Positions 29,779-40,903 are shown, numbered from the stretch's first letter. The stretch: DNA of 47,032 nucleotides from Nitrososphaerales archaeon (GCA_046759645.1 JBHICO010000004.1:1-47032), one strand, 5' to 3'. Notes: generated by a model not told the origin, from the sequence alone. A program made the numbers and translations.

Positions 29779-29944
29779 ATAGATGGCAACGAGTAGAAAC
29801 TATAAAATCGTAGCGAGCGTAACAAACAATTAATACCTCTCTAGTTAACCGTTTGTGCAATGTACTAAATCTGTCTCACATATGTCTATGCTTGAAGAAA
29901 TGGAGATCGAGTTTGGTAAAAAGGACAGTAAATACCTAAGATCT

Positions 29945-32026
29945 CTAAACCCTTGTTACATGGGCACCCTGATCGGTCATTGTGAACTTGTATATATTGT
30001 CAACCTCAGCGTTCTCGAATATCTCAGAATCATGCGTAATCAATATCATCTGTGATAACGGTCCCAGACCCGATCTGAAGGCTTCAGTAATTATTCTTAC
30101 AAGTGATCTCCTTCTTTCATCATCTAGATGTGTAGTAGGTTCATCCAGAATCACAAAGTCCAGCATGCCTGAGCCCATCACATAAGCCATTCCTAGTCTT
30201 AATGCTAACGCTATAGCAACTTTTTCTCCCCCGCTTAACGACTCCATATCAATGACACCACTCCTTCCGTAGCACTCAATAGAAATATCTCTGGTCTTTT
30301 CTGTTAACTGTAGTCTTGATATGCTCATGTTAAACATCGCAGCATATTCTGATGCTTTTTGCGATATAGTTCTTAATGCCCAAGATCGCAAACTCATGCC
30401 AACGACTCCATCTCTGTTATAAACAGAATTTCGTATTTTTTCAAATATCATCACATATTCATTTGCCTTTTCTAATTGTTTTATCACATTTTCCAGTTTT
30501 GAACGCTCATCTGTAGCCTGCCTAAACTTATTTTTGTATTCACCTATCTGCTCTTCCAGCTCTGGCATATCTTTCGTGAGTAATTTCTTATGCTTACACT
30601 TAATTTGCTCAAATATAGATCTGTCAAAACGTATAGTTTCTTTTCGCAAATTCAAAATTTTCGAACACAAGTCTTTCGAATAATCATCAACAACCAGCGT
30701 TTCAGGTTGGATCACTTTATAATCTATGGGTACATTTGTTAATGCATTTTTTTTAACTAGTAATTCATTGTTTAGTGTTTTGACATCATCGATATCTTCT
30801 ATTCCACTACTCTCCAAGAATGATTCGGCATTGCCTATATCGAGTTCCTTCTGCCTATATTGTCTCTCAGATGATTTCAGATGTTGTTTTACCGTTTTTA
30901 ACTCTTCTCGTTCTCTTGTTTTTTCATCCAATTCATGTTTAAGGTGGGTAACATCATAGATTTCATCTATTTTACTTACAGGAGATTGACAGACAGGACA
31001 TTTTCCATCGACTATTTTTAGTTTATCTACTACCTCTATAACTGCCTTAATTCTTCCAATATCATTACTTACACTTTCTAATTTAGCATCTATTTCTGAA
31101 AGTGAATAACGTACTTGCTGGAGTTTTGATTGTACTTTGGTTCTATCCTTTATAATTAGAAGACACTTTTTGGCATGCTTCACAAGTTCTGCATTTTTGC
31201 CAACATCTTTCTCTATCTTCTTTCTTTCGTTTCTTATATAATTTAATAGAGTCATTTCTATACTTTCAAGTGTGGTAACTTTCAAGTGAAGAGGTTCTTG
31301 CTGCTTGATGGTATTTTCTAATTCCGTAACATTATTCTGCAGGTATCTCTTTTCTTCCTCCAGCTCACGCAATATGCGCTGTGTTTCTATGCTTGCTTTT
31401 TTTGCATCATGCAATCTTTCCTTAACATTGGAAATCTCAGAATCATCATATCCAATTTTGTTCCGCAACTCAGATCTGAAATATTGCATAAGTTGCTTCA
31501 TGTACTGATAGGCTAGATCCAACCTGTCCAATCCAAATAAGCTGTTTATCAGTGCCTTGAACTCCCTTGGCTGTGCCTGAATTATAGCGTTCAACTCACC
31601 CTGTTGTACGACTGCTGCAACCTTAAGCTTAGGATAATCCAAACCTAGAATCTTCGATATTTCTTCCACCACAGATTCAGCAAACTGCTTTCTCTCACCT
31701 GTTGCAAGATCTATAAGACCATCAGTTTTTTTTTCAATTAATTTAGCGCTTATAAGCTTACCCGATACGTTCAATCCCCTGACTACTTTGAAATTCCTTC
31801 CCTTAACTGACATTTCGATCTGTACCAATGAGGAGTTCGCACCACGTTTTACTAGATTTTTATTGGTTCCTCTTGTGTGCTGTCCATAAAGAGCAAACGT
31901 TATTGCATCTATTATGCTCGATTTACCGGCGCCGTTATGACCTATGAAGAGTGTTAAACCATTTTCAAGTTTCAATGTAGTATTTGCATGTGAAATAAAA
32001 TTTTCCAATTGTACATTTTTGATCAT
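29945..32026 (-). CDS. rad50: DNA double-strand break repair ATPase Rad50
   Basis: GHNGAGKSS, QQGE, CPVC zinc hook, LSGGE, ILDEPT. Confidence 0.93.
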   Translation of the reverse strand: MIKNVQLENFISHANTTLKLENGLTLFIGHNGAGKSSIIDAITFALYGQHTRGTNKNLVKRGANSSLVQIEMSVKGRNFKVVRGLNVSGKLISAKLIEKKTDGLIDLATGERKQFAESVVEEISKILGLDYPKLKVAAVVQQGELNAIIQAQPREFKALINSLFGLDRLDLAYQYMKQLMQYFRSELRNKIGYDDSEISNVKERLHDAKKASIETQRILRELEEEKRYLQNNVTELENTIKQQEPLHLKVTTLESIEMTLLNYIRNERKKIEKDVGKNAELVKHAKKCLLIIKDRTKVQSKLQQVRYSLSEIDAKLESVSNDIGRIKAVIEVVDKLKIVDGKCPVCQSPVSKIDEIYDVTHLKHELDEKTREREELKTVKQHLKSSERQYRQKELDIGNAESFLESSGIEDIDDVKTLNNELLVKKNALTNVPIDYKVIQPETLVVDDYSKDLCSKILNLRKETIRFDRSIFEQIKCKHKKLLTKDMPELEEQIGEYKNKFRQATDERSKLENVIKQLEKANEYVMIFEKIRNSVYNRDGVVGMSLRSWALRTISQKASEYAAMFNMSISRLQLTEKTRDISIECYGRSGVIDMESLSGGEKVAIALALRLGMAYVMGSGMLDFVILDEPTTHLDDERRRSLVRIITEAFRSGLGPLSQMILITHDSEIFENAEVDNIYKFTMTDQGAHVTRV

Positions 32027-33177
32027 TGCAAATTAAACCCCCTTCCCTGAAATCTGGAATTTTCATACACCTTCCATGCTAGCGCACAGGCTTCATCAAT
32101 TTTATTCTCTGCTAATAATGGAAGCAACTCCTGTATTGCAAATTCAGCAAGTTCATCGGAGCCCAAGACTTCCTTAGATTTATTTAACATCTCGGAATCC
32201 ATATCGCTGGGTTTTTCATGATAAACGGATAATGAAACTTGTTTTTCCTCTATCGGTTCCCACACATGATGTAACACAAGATCATTTAATTTTGATAGAT
32301 TCTCAGCGATTACTCCTGAGTCAATGTTCTGCCCTTTGACCTTTGTTGATAAGATCGGTTTCTTTTTTAATGATTTAATCTTCAACACTAGCTCCTCGAT
32401 CTGTTTTCTAATATGATCATAAGTGATCTGTACAGCAACCTGTGGCCTGATTTCTAATTTGATCCAATTCAGTAGAGCTTCGTTCCGAGAGGTATCTACA
32501 AGGTAAAAACCCTTGTCAGTTTCTCGAATACTCTCACTGGAAGTTATCTCAAGAGAACCTGGATAGGCAAGCGGTCCTCCAAGATGCTCGAAGCGTCTCT
32601 CATGCCTATCATGATAGTGTCCCATAGCATAGTAGTTGAAATTTGGGGGAAGGTCTGAAGAATTTATCTCCCCAGCCATCCTGCTAAAATCAAACAGACC
32701 TTGGTGCAGGACCAATATTCTCCGTCCAGAGAAAGCCTTCGCTCTCCTATCAGCTTCTTTTAGCCTAAGGGAAAGGTCATCCATTTCACTATTTCTGTAC
32801 TTGTCGAACCCTATCAATAAAGTTCCATCTATTTCATAGGGCTCGCCATTCCTAAGATAATACGCGTATCCCAAATTGTGAAACACATATGGCACGGGCA
32901 CACCCCTAGTTCTACTTATATCATGTTCACCTAACACGAAAAATGTCTTTATGTTTAGCTCTTTCAATTTTTTCAACGCATCAGCAAACCTCACTATTGC
33001 CTCTCCCTGTGGTTTTGGCATGTGGAAGAGATCGCCAGCGAGTATTACGATCTTAACCTTTTCTTTTACTGAAGCGTTTATCGCTTGATCAAATGCGTCA
33101 TAAACATCTTCCTCTCTCTCCTCCAAATTAAATTGAGAATATCCTAGATGTATGTCGGATATGTGAGCAATTAACAT
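32023..33177 (-). CDS. mre11: Mre11 nuclease
   Basis: SDIHLG, AGDLF, GEHD, LHQ, GHYH, YPGS. Confidence 0.93.
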   Translation of the reverse strand: MLIAHISDIHLGYSQFNLEEREEDVYDAFDQAINASVKEKVKIVILAGDLFHMPKPQGEAIVRFADALKKLKELNIKTFFVLGEHDISRTRGVPVPYVFHNLGYAYYLRNGEPYEIDGTLLIGFDKYRNSEMDDLSLRLKEADRRAKAFSGRRILVLHQGLFDFSRMAGEINSSDLPPNFNYYAMGHYHDRHERRFEHLGGPLAYPGSLEITSSESIRETDKGFYLVDTSRNEALLNWIKLEIRPQVAVQITYDHIRKQIEELVLKIKSLKKKPILSTKVKGQNIDSGVIAENLSKLNDLVLHHVWEPIEEKQVSLSVYHEKPSDMDSEMLNKSKEVLGSDELAEFAIQELLPLLAENKIDEACALAWKVYENSRFQGRGFNLQ

Positions 33178-33183
33178 ACACCA

Positions 33184-34710
33184 TCAATCTTTCAGATATC
33201 CTTTTTTAATCATTGCTTGCGTTGATTCCTTCGTTACTTCCTTTATCTTGCTGACCTGCTTCCATTCTTTCACAGCATTTTGATCCGAACCGATCTTCTT
33301 CTCCAATACCTGTTCTATATGCACAAAAGCCGGTATGTTCACCCACTGACCAACAAGGACAGCATCGCCAGGATTCAATGATGGCAGCTGTTCTATGATA
33401 TCCTTACTTAACGCTTCACTTGCAGCAGAAACCTGGGCTTGGTCATCCTGTTGCACCATCTTCATGATCGCAAGTGAACCCATCTGGCTCAAAACATTTG
33501 TATCTACACTCCTAGGTCTCTGAGAAACTATTGCTAATCCCAAACCAAATTTTCTACCTTCACGGGCAACTTTTGCTACAATGTACTTCGTATCGGTCTT
33601 TTCGTCCTTTGGTATGAAAACATGCGCCTCTTCTATTACGACCAGAACAGGCATAGGAAATTTTATCGGACTCTTGATTTCGTTCTCTCCCTTCCTCGCC
33701 CTGGTAGCCTTCTTTCTGTCATCAAGGAGCTCTTCAAGGTAGAATCTTACAGCAATGTCTGCTTGTCTGTCAGTAAGTTCTATTAGACTAACAACATTTA
33801 CCTTACCATTCTTGATCAGAGCGGTAGGATCGGTCAAACTGGGATCCAATATTCCTTTGAAACGCCGTCTGGCATCATCAATCTTGTCTTCCACTCGTTC
33901 AGCTGCTTCTCTGTACTTTTTGTCAGGGTGCTCTCTTACCTTCTCCGTAAGAGTTTCCCAAAAATCCTCACCCTGTTTGGCTTTCACCTCATCACTAAAT
34001 GCCTTGTGCAACACATGCTTCTGATTCGTAGCTGACTCTCTGATCTCTATAACTTCTTCAAATTTCTCAGGATTTAAAAGACGTGGGTTTATTTTTGCGT
34101 CAATAACATTTATGCCATTTATTTGCAGGGCTGAATAGTCATCGTGATAATCGAAGATCACCATAGTTCCGCCAATCTTAGACATATTTTTCGCAATCAA
34201 GGATACCAGATTACTTTTGCCCATTCCCGTCATTGCAAGAACTGCTAAATGTCGTGAAACGATCTTGTCTATGTTAACTCTGGCACCGACATTACTATTT
34301 CTTAATAATGATCCAATACTTACCCATTCATCATCGAGCGGTGCGAATATTGTTCCAAGATCATCCTGGTTAGCTTCCAAAACATTAGTGCCGGGTACTG
34401 GAGGCACATCAGGGATTATCGCTCTTCCTTTTTTCAGTTGATCCAAATATCCAAGTATTCTTACCCATGCTCTATAGCTTTTGTCTCTAGTATTGGCATC
34501 AGCAACCATTTTGCTTTCAAGTGCTTCAGTATAATTTCTTATGTTCCTCCCTAATGCATCACTTACAATCATAGATCTTTCGACGAGTCCTAGGATCTTT
34601 TTGTTGCCGTCATCGAGTATAACATATTCTCCCGCACTGACAGGCCTACTCCCTTCGAACATGATCTCATATGGTTTGGATTCACCAACAATAATCCCTA
34701 TTTCTCTCAT
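33184..34710 (-). CDS. herA: HerA bipolar helicase
   Basis: HAS barrel, RHLAVLAMTGMGKS, IEEAH, REGRKFG, SQRP. Confidence 0.93.
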   Translation of the reverse strand: MREIGIIVGESKPYEIMFEGSRPVSAGEYVILDDGNKKILGLVERSMIVSDALGRNIRNYTEALESKMVADANTRDKSYRAWVRILGYLDQLKKGRAIIPDVPPVPGTNVLEANQDDLGTIFAPLDDEWVSIGSLLRNSNVGARVNIDKIVSRHLAVLAMTGMGKSNLVSLIAKNMSKIGGTMVIFDYHDDYSALQINGINVIDAKINPRLLNPEKFEEVIEIRESATNQKHVLHKAFSDEVKAKQGEDFWETLTEKVREHPDKKYREAAERVEDKIDDARRRFKGILDPSLTDPTALIKNGKVNVVSLIELTDRQADIAVRFYLEELLDDRKKATRARKGENEIKSPIKFPMPVLVVIEEAHVFIPKDEKTDTKYIVAKVAREGRKFGLGLAIVSQRPRSVDTNVLSQMGSLAIMKMVQQDDQAQVSAASEALSKDIIEQLPSLNPGDAVLVGQWVNIPAFVHIEQVLEKKIGSDQNAVKEWKQVSKIKEVTKESTQAMIKKGYLKD

Positions 34711-35525
34711 CGAAGCACCTCCCTTGCACCTATCTCGTTTTTGAGCCCGTAAATGCTTACTAGCCTTTGAATATCATCATCGGTTATTACAGCAGCATTA
34801 TGGGCAACTTTAAGCACATAAGGATAGCCAGAAATGCTTCCGAACGCGATATGATCAAGAATTCTTTTCACTGCAGATTCGTCAACTTCTTGGGGGAATT
34901 CTAGTTTTACCAGTGGTGTATAGTCAGCTAGTCTTGCAAAGACAACAGTAACCCTTTTTCTGAATTTGTCCCGGTATCGTGTTACGTAATGTGGTTTACT
35001 ATATCCAGGTTTATTGCTAACCTTGCTATTCATGTGATCAAAAATCTCTCTACTATCGGATGTTTTTGAAATAAAAATGATGTTAGAATGTTCATTTGTA
35101 AGATCAACCGCACTTTTTATTGCAGAACCTGAACCTAAAACGAACCTAGATATCATTGAACCATCAATCAATGCCAGATCCGAAGTATCCGCTGCTTCTG
35201 CCGCTGCTTCAGCTTCCATTTGCATCGATTTCACTTCAAGCTGGCGCTGGTCTATTACTCTTATTCCACTCTCGTATTTTTTGGCCACGATATTTCCATC
35301 GCCTCTAACACATACAGCGTCTATAACATACAGATGGAAACCCTGGAAAGGCTTCTTATTGTAACTACTGTCGACACCAAGAAGCGTGCATTCTTTTGAC
35401 AAAGGTCTGTATTCTCTCCACATTTCTTGCGCGCTCTCAAGAATAGTTTTATTCAAATTCATGGAAACACTAGCGAGCTTTTCTTTCCGATTCTTGATAG
35501 CGTCTAGGTATATGTCATGAAGCAT
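34707..35525 (-). CDS. nurA: NurA 5'-3' nuclease
   Basis: GVDSS, LIDGS, ISKTS, GYPYVLKVAH; first gene of the nurA-herA-mre11-rad50 operon. Confidence 0.88.
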   Translation of the reverse strand: MLHDIYLDAIKNRKEKLASVSMNLNKTILESAQEMWREYRPLSKECTLLGVDSSYNKKPFQGFHLYVIDAVCVRGDGNIVAKKYESGIRVIDQRQLEVKSMQMEAEAAAEAADTSDLALIDGSMISRFVLGSGSAIKSAVDLTNEHSNIIFISKTSDSREIFDHMNSKVSNKPGYSKPHYVTRYRDKFRKRVTVVFARLADYTPLVKLEFPQEVDESAVKRILDHIAFGSISGYPYVLKVAHNAAVITDDDIQRLVSIYGLKNEIGAREVLR

Positions 35526-35630
35526 AGTTTAGCAATTAAAAACGCCCTTAAATTTTTTTGGCATAATCTCAACTCCATTTAGTAACTGATCACATAGCAA
35601 TCCCTATTATTCCAAATTCTAGGCGTTAAT

Positions 35631-36035
35631 CTAGCCTACGCGCACTTGCTTGCACTCAAATGGCGGTATATTCATTGTCAGATACTCATTAATCCTAAAC
35701 TTTACGTCAGCTGCAGTAAGATCTTCCATGCTTGGAGAGCCAACTTTGAAGGCAACCTTATCTGGTTTGATTTCAACATCAGTAACTACTAGGTCAGCAT
35801 ACTGATTAGTTAGTTCGTTTACCCAGTACCTCGCATCAGTTGCCTTCACATCTGACACCTGCAACTCTATCCTAATTGCCTTGAACTTGGATGTGCCAGA
35901 ATAATCTTTCCCACTCTGAATGTTGTAATCCTGCACATCTGCTCCATGGGCTTGCTTTGCATGGGTCAGCAATTCCTCTTCCTTGCCAAACTTGCTGCCA
36001 CACTGACATGTGAACTTCTTTCCAAATAGACCCAT
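35631..36035 (-). CDS. hypothetical protein with N-terminal C2H2-like zinc finger
   Basis: Likely start MGLFGKKFTCQCGSKFGKEEELLTHAKQAH (ATG 36035). The ORF-track extension overlaps the upstream gene. Confidence 0.7.
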   Translation of the reverse strand: MGLFGKKFTCQCGSKFGKEEELLTHAKQAHGADVQDYNIQSGKDYSGTSKFKAIRIELQVSDVKATDARYWVNELTNQYADLVVTDVEIKPDKVAFKVGSPSMEDLTAADVKFRINEYLTMNIPPFECKQVRVG

Positions 36036-36075
36036 TAGCATTATACGATTTGAAAGTGGTATAAGAACTCTCTGG

Positions 36076-36594
36076 TCAAAGCGCTCCAAACCTACGCTCT
36101 TTATAATATACGACCGCACCTGCAATCAATATTATTATGCCTGCGATTGCAATGTACGTTGGCATCGCTACAGTAATCATGGGATCCGAGGTACCAGCAT
36201 AAACCTCTCCTCCCAATGCAGCAGCGACCCTCAAGAGGTCACGTGGTGAAGAGTTCTCAATTGACATAACGTACAGGCCGTCCTTTTTAACGTCAAAACT
36301 ATCTATCAAGAATGGAGTATCAAGTTTCTTGCTGATTATCTGAATTCCATCAGGATCCCTGACTTCAATGCGAACTGAACTATCACCCGGGTCGAGTACC
36401 TCCACAGCGTAAACACCACTGAAGAACTGACTACTGTCTATACGCTCCTTTATTGTGAGCACTTCTCTGGGTCCTAGAGTGTATTCCTTCTTTCTTATTT
36501 CTGAAATAGCAGACTGTGCAACTATGGCCAAAATTATGAAACCTGATAATAGGATTATACCGCCACTGATCATTATTATCAGGCTCCTTTTCAT
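36076..36594 (-). CDS. membrane protein with N- and C-terminal TM segments and a beta-rich external domain
   Basis: Hydrophobic termini; DGLYVMSIEN strand motif. Confidence 0.7.
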   Translation of the reverse strand: MKRSLIIMISGGIILLSGFIILAIVAQSAISEIRKKEYTLGPREVLTIKERIDSSQFFSGVYAVEVLDPGDSSVRIEVRDPDGIQIISKKLDTPFLIDSFDVKKDGLYVMSIENSSPRDLLRVAAALGGEVYAGTSDPMITVAMPTYIAIAGIIILIAGAVVYYKERRFGAL

Positions 36595-36766
36595 CGCAGC
36601 TTTAAAACATAGAACGTTTATACGCTTTGCGATGATTTAGTTGCAATAAACTTTCATATATCAATTTTTTATATGAAGCAAGGATTTATTGCTAATTATA
36701 AAAATCCTTTTGAGAAGTATTTGTTGTACCAGATTAACTTTATACAAGCTTTACTTGAATCGCAAA

Positions 36767-37771
36767 CTATTTGTTACCATCACTGCTGACGTCCTCAACA
36801 ACATTGAAGACGCCCCTCCATCCTTTATCAGCAAATTCATTCTGATGGGAATGGAACAGGTACTTGCCAGGGAATTTGTATGAGAATTCTACCACCGCTC
36901 TCTCCCCTTGACTCATTGTAACCAAATCCGTTATCTCGTAATCCAACAAGCTGGTCCCAGTACGGTATAATTTGTAGACATTTCCATGGAGATGTAAGGA
37001 GTTTATCTGATCAAACTCCAGTATATTAATAAGGTATATCCTGATAAGCTCCTCTGTCTTTATCTCAATGGGATTCTTCATGTGATAGAAAGCTAGGCCA
37101 TTAACAGAATAGAAATTGTTCTCCTCATCAAAGTCAGTATCGAATCCATTCATTATCATCACCAGTTCATCAGCTGCTGGTCTAGGTGTTTTAGGGTCAA
37201 CAATGAATGCACCATAAAGACCACGATTGATATGTTCTGCTACAGGCATTACGTGGCAATGATAAAGGAACAACCCGAAGGGCTCCGCAGTAAATTCATA
37301 GACAAACCTACCTCCAGGACCTACAATTTCAAAGACCCCATCCATTTCAGCCGGATGTATTCCGTGCAAATGTATTGTATGGGGTTGACTTCCATTATTT
37401 ATGAAGTTGATTCTTACCAAATCTCCTTCAGTTGCACGTATGGTCGGACCTGGCACAGTTCCATTGTATGCCCATGCGTTGAAGAAAATACCTGGCGCTA
37501 CTTCGATCTCAACATCTTCCGCATAGATAGTAAAGTCTCTTACTGTTGTTCCATCAGGCAAGGTTGAAACTGTTCCATAGTTGAATTCACGGAGGAAATT
37601 ATCAGGATTAAGACCAAATTTTTTTACATCATTCTCCTCAGGGGCTAATAGCACACCCTCCTCTTCATTGGAGGGAAAGCTGGTTGCAATAACAGCAGCT
37701 GTGGTTATCATCACAGCTATTACTGCACCAACAACAACTCTAGTTAGGAGTGGCTTAACTTTATGCAACAT
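36767..37771 (-). CDS. two-domain multicopper oxidase
   Basis: HTIHLHG, YHCH...H...GLYG, SLHLHG, FHSH; N-terminal anchor. Confidence 0.9.
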   Translation of the reverse strand: MLHKVKPLLTRVVVGAVIAVMITTAAVIATSFPSNEEEGVLLAPEENDVKKFGLNPDNFLREFNYGTVSTLPDGTTVRDFTIYAEDVEIEVAPGIFFNAWAYNGTVPGPTIRATEGDLVRINFINNGSQPHTIHLHGIHPAEMDGVFEIVGPGGRFVYEFTAEPFGLFLYHCHVMPVAEHINRGLYGAFIVDPKTPRPAADELVMIMNGFDTDFDEENNFYSVNGLAFYHMKNPIEIKTEELIRIYLINILEFDQINSLHLHGNVYKLYRTGTSLLDYEITDLVTMSQGERAVVEFSYKFPGKYLFHSHQNEFADKGWRGVFNVVEDVSSDGNK

Positions 37772-37823
37772 GAGATATACAAAGTTAACTCTATTTAAGT
37801 TTTTTAGCCTTGTGCAACATTGG

Positions 37824-39185
37824 CTACCAACTGGTTCGTAACGATCTTACTTTTGCAATTATTATAGCCGCAGATAATACTGCAACCATTGCAACAAACG
37901 GACTTGATGTGAATTCAGGCACTACCGTAAAAAGTAACCGTGCAGACTCGCCTGTATTGTTGATGTTTTCAACCAGCAACAGGATAGTGCCTGATTGTTC
38001 TTCAGTAAAAGTATAATCCTGCACTATGGCCCCTATAGGCGCTCTATGATGCCCCCTGAAGATCTCATTTCCATCCTTTTGGAGCACAAGGTCAGCACTA
38101 GAATGTCTTAATGTATCAAGAGTTTTTGGGTCTCTCAATGTAACTATGAATTTTGTGGGTTTCTGAGGTTCAATAACAGATGGACTCCAACCAATTTGTA
38201 ATAGGAAGTTTTCCTTTTCCGACAGAATCTCCAATGGGAATTTTGGAACTTCTCTTGGCATAAGTGTAAATACAGCCATATTCTGGTCAGGTTTTTGCTT
38301 CTGTGCTATTCTGATCAATTTATCCTTTCCAACCATAAAATGAACCGTTCGTGTATTCTCATATGAATAATCGTCAATCATCACTTCTTTATTAGAAAGT
38401 TCAACACTGTTAATTGTCCCCAAGTAACTGTTAGACATTAATTCTGTGAAATCCTGACGAATCTGCACTTCTTCATGTACAAAAGGAACTTGGCTAAGGT
38501 AGTTGACATTCCAGTTTAATGGCATCCTAAAAGTTAACACTCGAGAAGAACTGTCATAGCCATGGTCAATTATTTGATCATAGTAAGTTTTGATTGATAA
38601 GGTGTGTTGCTTTCCATCAGCATCGAGGACTTCATGAGGTGAGGTCTTGCCTATACTGGCATATAGGTCGAAATTTAACGGTTCTGACAGTTTATTTTCG
38701 TATTCGCTCATAGATAAAACCATAATATTGTAATGATAAAGCCCTCCGTCTAGTATTGAGCCTTTTACCACTGCAGGATTTTTTAGATCAGCAATCATTG
38801 CATCATAAAGCGATTCTCTGTTACCGATGACCTCTACCTTATCAGTCTGAGTATGTTCGATTCTAAGTGATAATATCCCCTCATGGCTATGGAATCGGTC
38901 ATCAACAAGAAGTTCCGAAGTTCGCATCATCTTTATTTGATATGTAACATGAGGTATAGTAACATTGGTGTTAACTTCACGTAGTCGTATAACTACACTA
39001 CCATCCTTGTCATCTTCTATCACAAATAACGGCCTCATTTCCAGTGTTAATGCAACTCTTTTGTCATTAACTATAACTGAACTCGATTCGTCAAATCCAA
39101 GTGTCTGACCGAAGGCAGGCAGTTGCGTCACACCGATCGATAATGCTCCGAAAACCAGCAATGCGGAAACAAGATTATAATTCAT
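37824..39185 (-). CDS. PEF-CTERM surface protein (paralog A)
   Basis: Signal peptide, FHSHEG, GGLYH, FVHEEV, C-terminal VVPEF followed by TM and basic residues. Confidence 0.8.
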   Translation of the reverse strand: MNYNLVSALLVFGALSIGVTQLPAFGQTLGFDESSSVIVNDKRVALTLEMRPLFVIEDDKDGSVVIRLREVNTNVTIPHVTYQIKMMRTSELLVDDRFHSHEGILSLRIEHTQTDKVEVIGNRESLYDAMIADLKNPAVVKGSILDGGLYHYNIMVLSMSEYENKLSEPLNFDLYASIGKTSPHEVLDADGKQHTLSIKTYYDQIIDHGYDSSSRVLTFRMPLNWNVNYLSQVPFVHEEVQIRQDFTELMSNSYLGTINSVELSNKEVMIDDYSYENTRTVHFMVGKDKLIRIAQKQKPDQNMAVFTLMPREVPKFPLEILSEKENFLLQIGWSPSVIEPQKPTKFIVTLRDPKTLDTLRHSSADLVLQKDGNEIFRGHHRAPIGAIVQDYTFTEEQSGTILLLVENINNTGESARLLFTVVPEFTSSPFVAMVAVLSAAIIIAKVRSLRTSW

Positions 39186-39405
39186 GATGATCTAAATTCT
39201 TCCTCAAATAAATATATTAAAGAAATGCTAATGCCATTACCAAAAAAGTAGTCGTAAACAATTTTTTGGTTCGGCTACTGTCTTAAACAAGTGCAGTTCG
39301 AGTCTAGAGACTCATTACTGGAGAACAAATCACATCTTTTGTATATTGTCTAAAAAAAGGTGACATCCTTGTAAGATATTTATTTCTCTAGAAGCCCATT
39401 ATAAG

Positions 39406-40821
39406 TTGATGAAGGAGAGGAGAGGCATAGCTATGGGTTTAATGTTGCTAGGCCTGTTTGCCTTTATGATTCCACAATCATTTAACTATGCATATGGGCA
39501 CGGATTGAGCGGAGACCAGGTCACTGCCTCAATAGGCGATAGAGATGCTACACTAACAGTTGATATGAAACCTGCATTTCTACTGGCAGAAGCGCCTCAG
39601 GATGCTACAATAGAAATGCGTCTCTTTGACACTAGCACAGATAGAGCAATTGAGCATGTGACATACTTCGTTGCACTGAAAAAAGGTGACACAGTGCTTA
39701 TGCGTGAATGGTTCCATGCACACGATGGAGACCTATTCATAAAAATTAGACCAAAGGACCAAGAAAATACTGTAGTCAATGCTCCCGAAGAACCGATATT
39801 AGGCGGTAAGCTTGGAAGCAGAGATGCACCCGCACTCGCAACGGGTCCAATATTTTTGGAAGGCGGACTATACCATTTTGCCGTTGAAATCTTTTCAATA
39901 GATTTTGATCAAACAATACTAGATCCACCAATAAAGTATGATGCTTATATTAGCATAGGTGAGACTACTACTTATCCTGTAACAAATGGAGGGGAACAAG
40001 AAATATCTGTAAGAACATACTATGATAGAATACAAGACTTCGGCTTTGACGATAACGATAAACTTGTAAAATTCTCCATGCCTATGAACTGGGATCAAGA
40101 ATTCTTAAGTCAAGTGCCATTGGTACATGAAGAAGTAGTAATTCCAAGATCATTTACAGATTTGGTGGCAGAGAGATATACTGGTGTAGTGAATGGTGTA
40201 AGACTGCCTGAGGGTGCGGTAATGGTAGATAATTCAGATCCAAATGAATTGGTGATACACTATATGATACCAAATCAGCAGCTATTGAAGATTGCTGATC
40301 ATGTGAAAGCCATGTTTGGTGATGTTAACAGAGCAGATTTCATTCTTACACCTGGCGAAGTAGACATAGGAGTACCTCTAGAGATGAAGATGAGGGATTC
40401 TGGCCGGATGATGGCTGTGAGCAGTAAAGGAAATATCCATGCAATGATATCGTGGAGCCCAACAACCATAGAGCCTAGCAAGACTACCTCCTTCACTTTC
40501 AATTTCATGGATATGCGAACTAATGCTCCTATTACTGACGCAACGTACGAGTTTATTCTACTGAGAGATGGAGAGGAGATAGTGAAAAGACAGGGACAGA
40601 CTGTCGCAGGAGTTGGAGCTGAGCAATTTACGTTTAATGAATCTCAGGCAGGTTCGGTAACTCTTCGTCTGGAGAACATTAACAACATTGGAGAGTCCGT
40701 AGATTTCAACATACAGGTGGTACCGGAGTTCCCAATGAGCGTACTGATGGTAATGGGTGGTATAGTGGCTGCTATGCTGGCCCTAACAAGATTCAAGAAC
40801 ATAACTTCAATGTTACAATGA
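39406..40821 (+). CDS. PEF-CTERM surface protein (paralog B)
   Basis: Signal peptide ending AYG-H, FHAHDG, GGLYH, LVHEEV, C-terminal VVPEF followed by TM; visibly colinear with paralog A. Confidence 0.8.
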   Translation: MMKERRGIAMGLMLLGLFAFMIPQSFNYAYGHGLSGDQVTASIGDRDATLTVDMKPAFLLAEAPQDATIEMRLFDTSTDRAIEHVTYFVALKKGDTVLMREWFHAHDGDLFIKIRPKDQENTVVNAPEEPILGGKLGSRDAPALATGPIFLEGGLYHFAVEIFSIDFDQTILDPPIKYDAYISIGETTTYPVTNGGEQEISVRTYYDRIQDFGFDDNDKLVKFSMPMNWDQEFLSQVPLVHEEVVIPRSFTDLVAERYTGVVNGVRLPEGAVMVDNSDPNELVIHYMIPNQQLLKIADHVKAMFGDVNRADFILTPGEVDIGVPLEMKMRDSGRMMAVSSKGNIHAMISWSPTTIEPSKTTSFTFNFMDMRTNAPITDATYEFILLRDGEEIVKRQGQTVAGVGAEQFTFNESQAGSVTLRLENINNIGESVDFNIQVVPEFPMSVLMVMGGIVAAMLALTRFKNITSMLQ

Positions 40822-40903
40822 TATTCCTTATAACATCATACTTTTTTCTATTTGACAATCACAAACATAATAAGTGGTAATACAAAGGAAGAAAACTGAC
40901 TAG

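Noticed and set aside
29945-32026. Short Rad50 (693 aa) as a truncation
   Set aside because: Both ATPase halves and a central zinc hook are present, so a short coiled coil is a plausible normal variant.
36767-37771. Nitrite reductase NirK
   Set aside because: HxH motifs in both domains fit a two-domain multicopper oxidase with a trinuclear site better.
39186-39405. DtxR/MntR-like operator boxes in the metal cluster and near 44260
   Set aside because: Only weak partial palindromes in AT-rich DNA.
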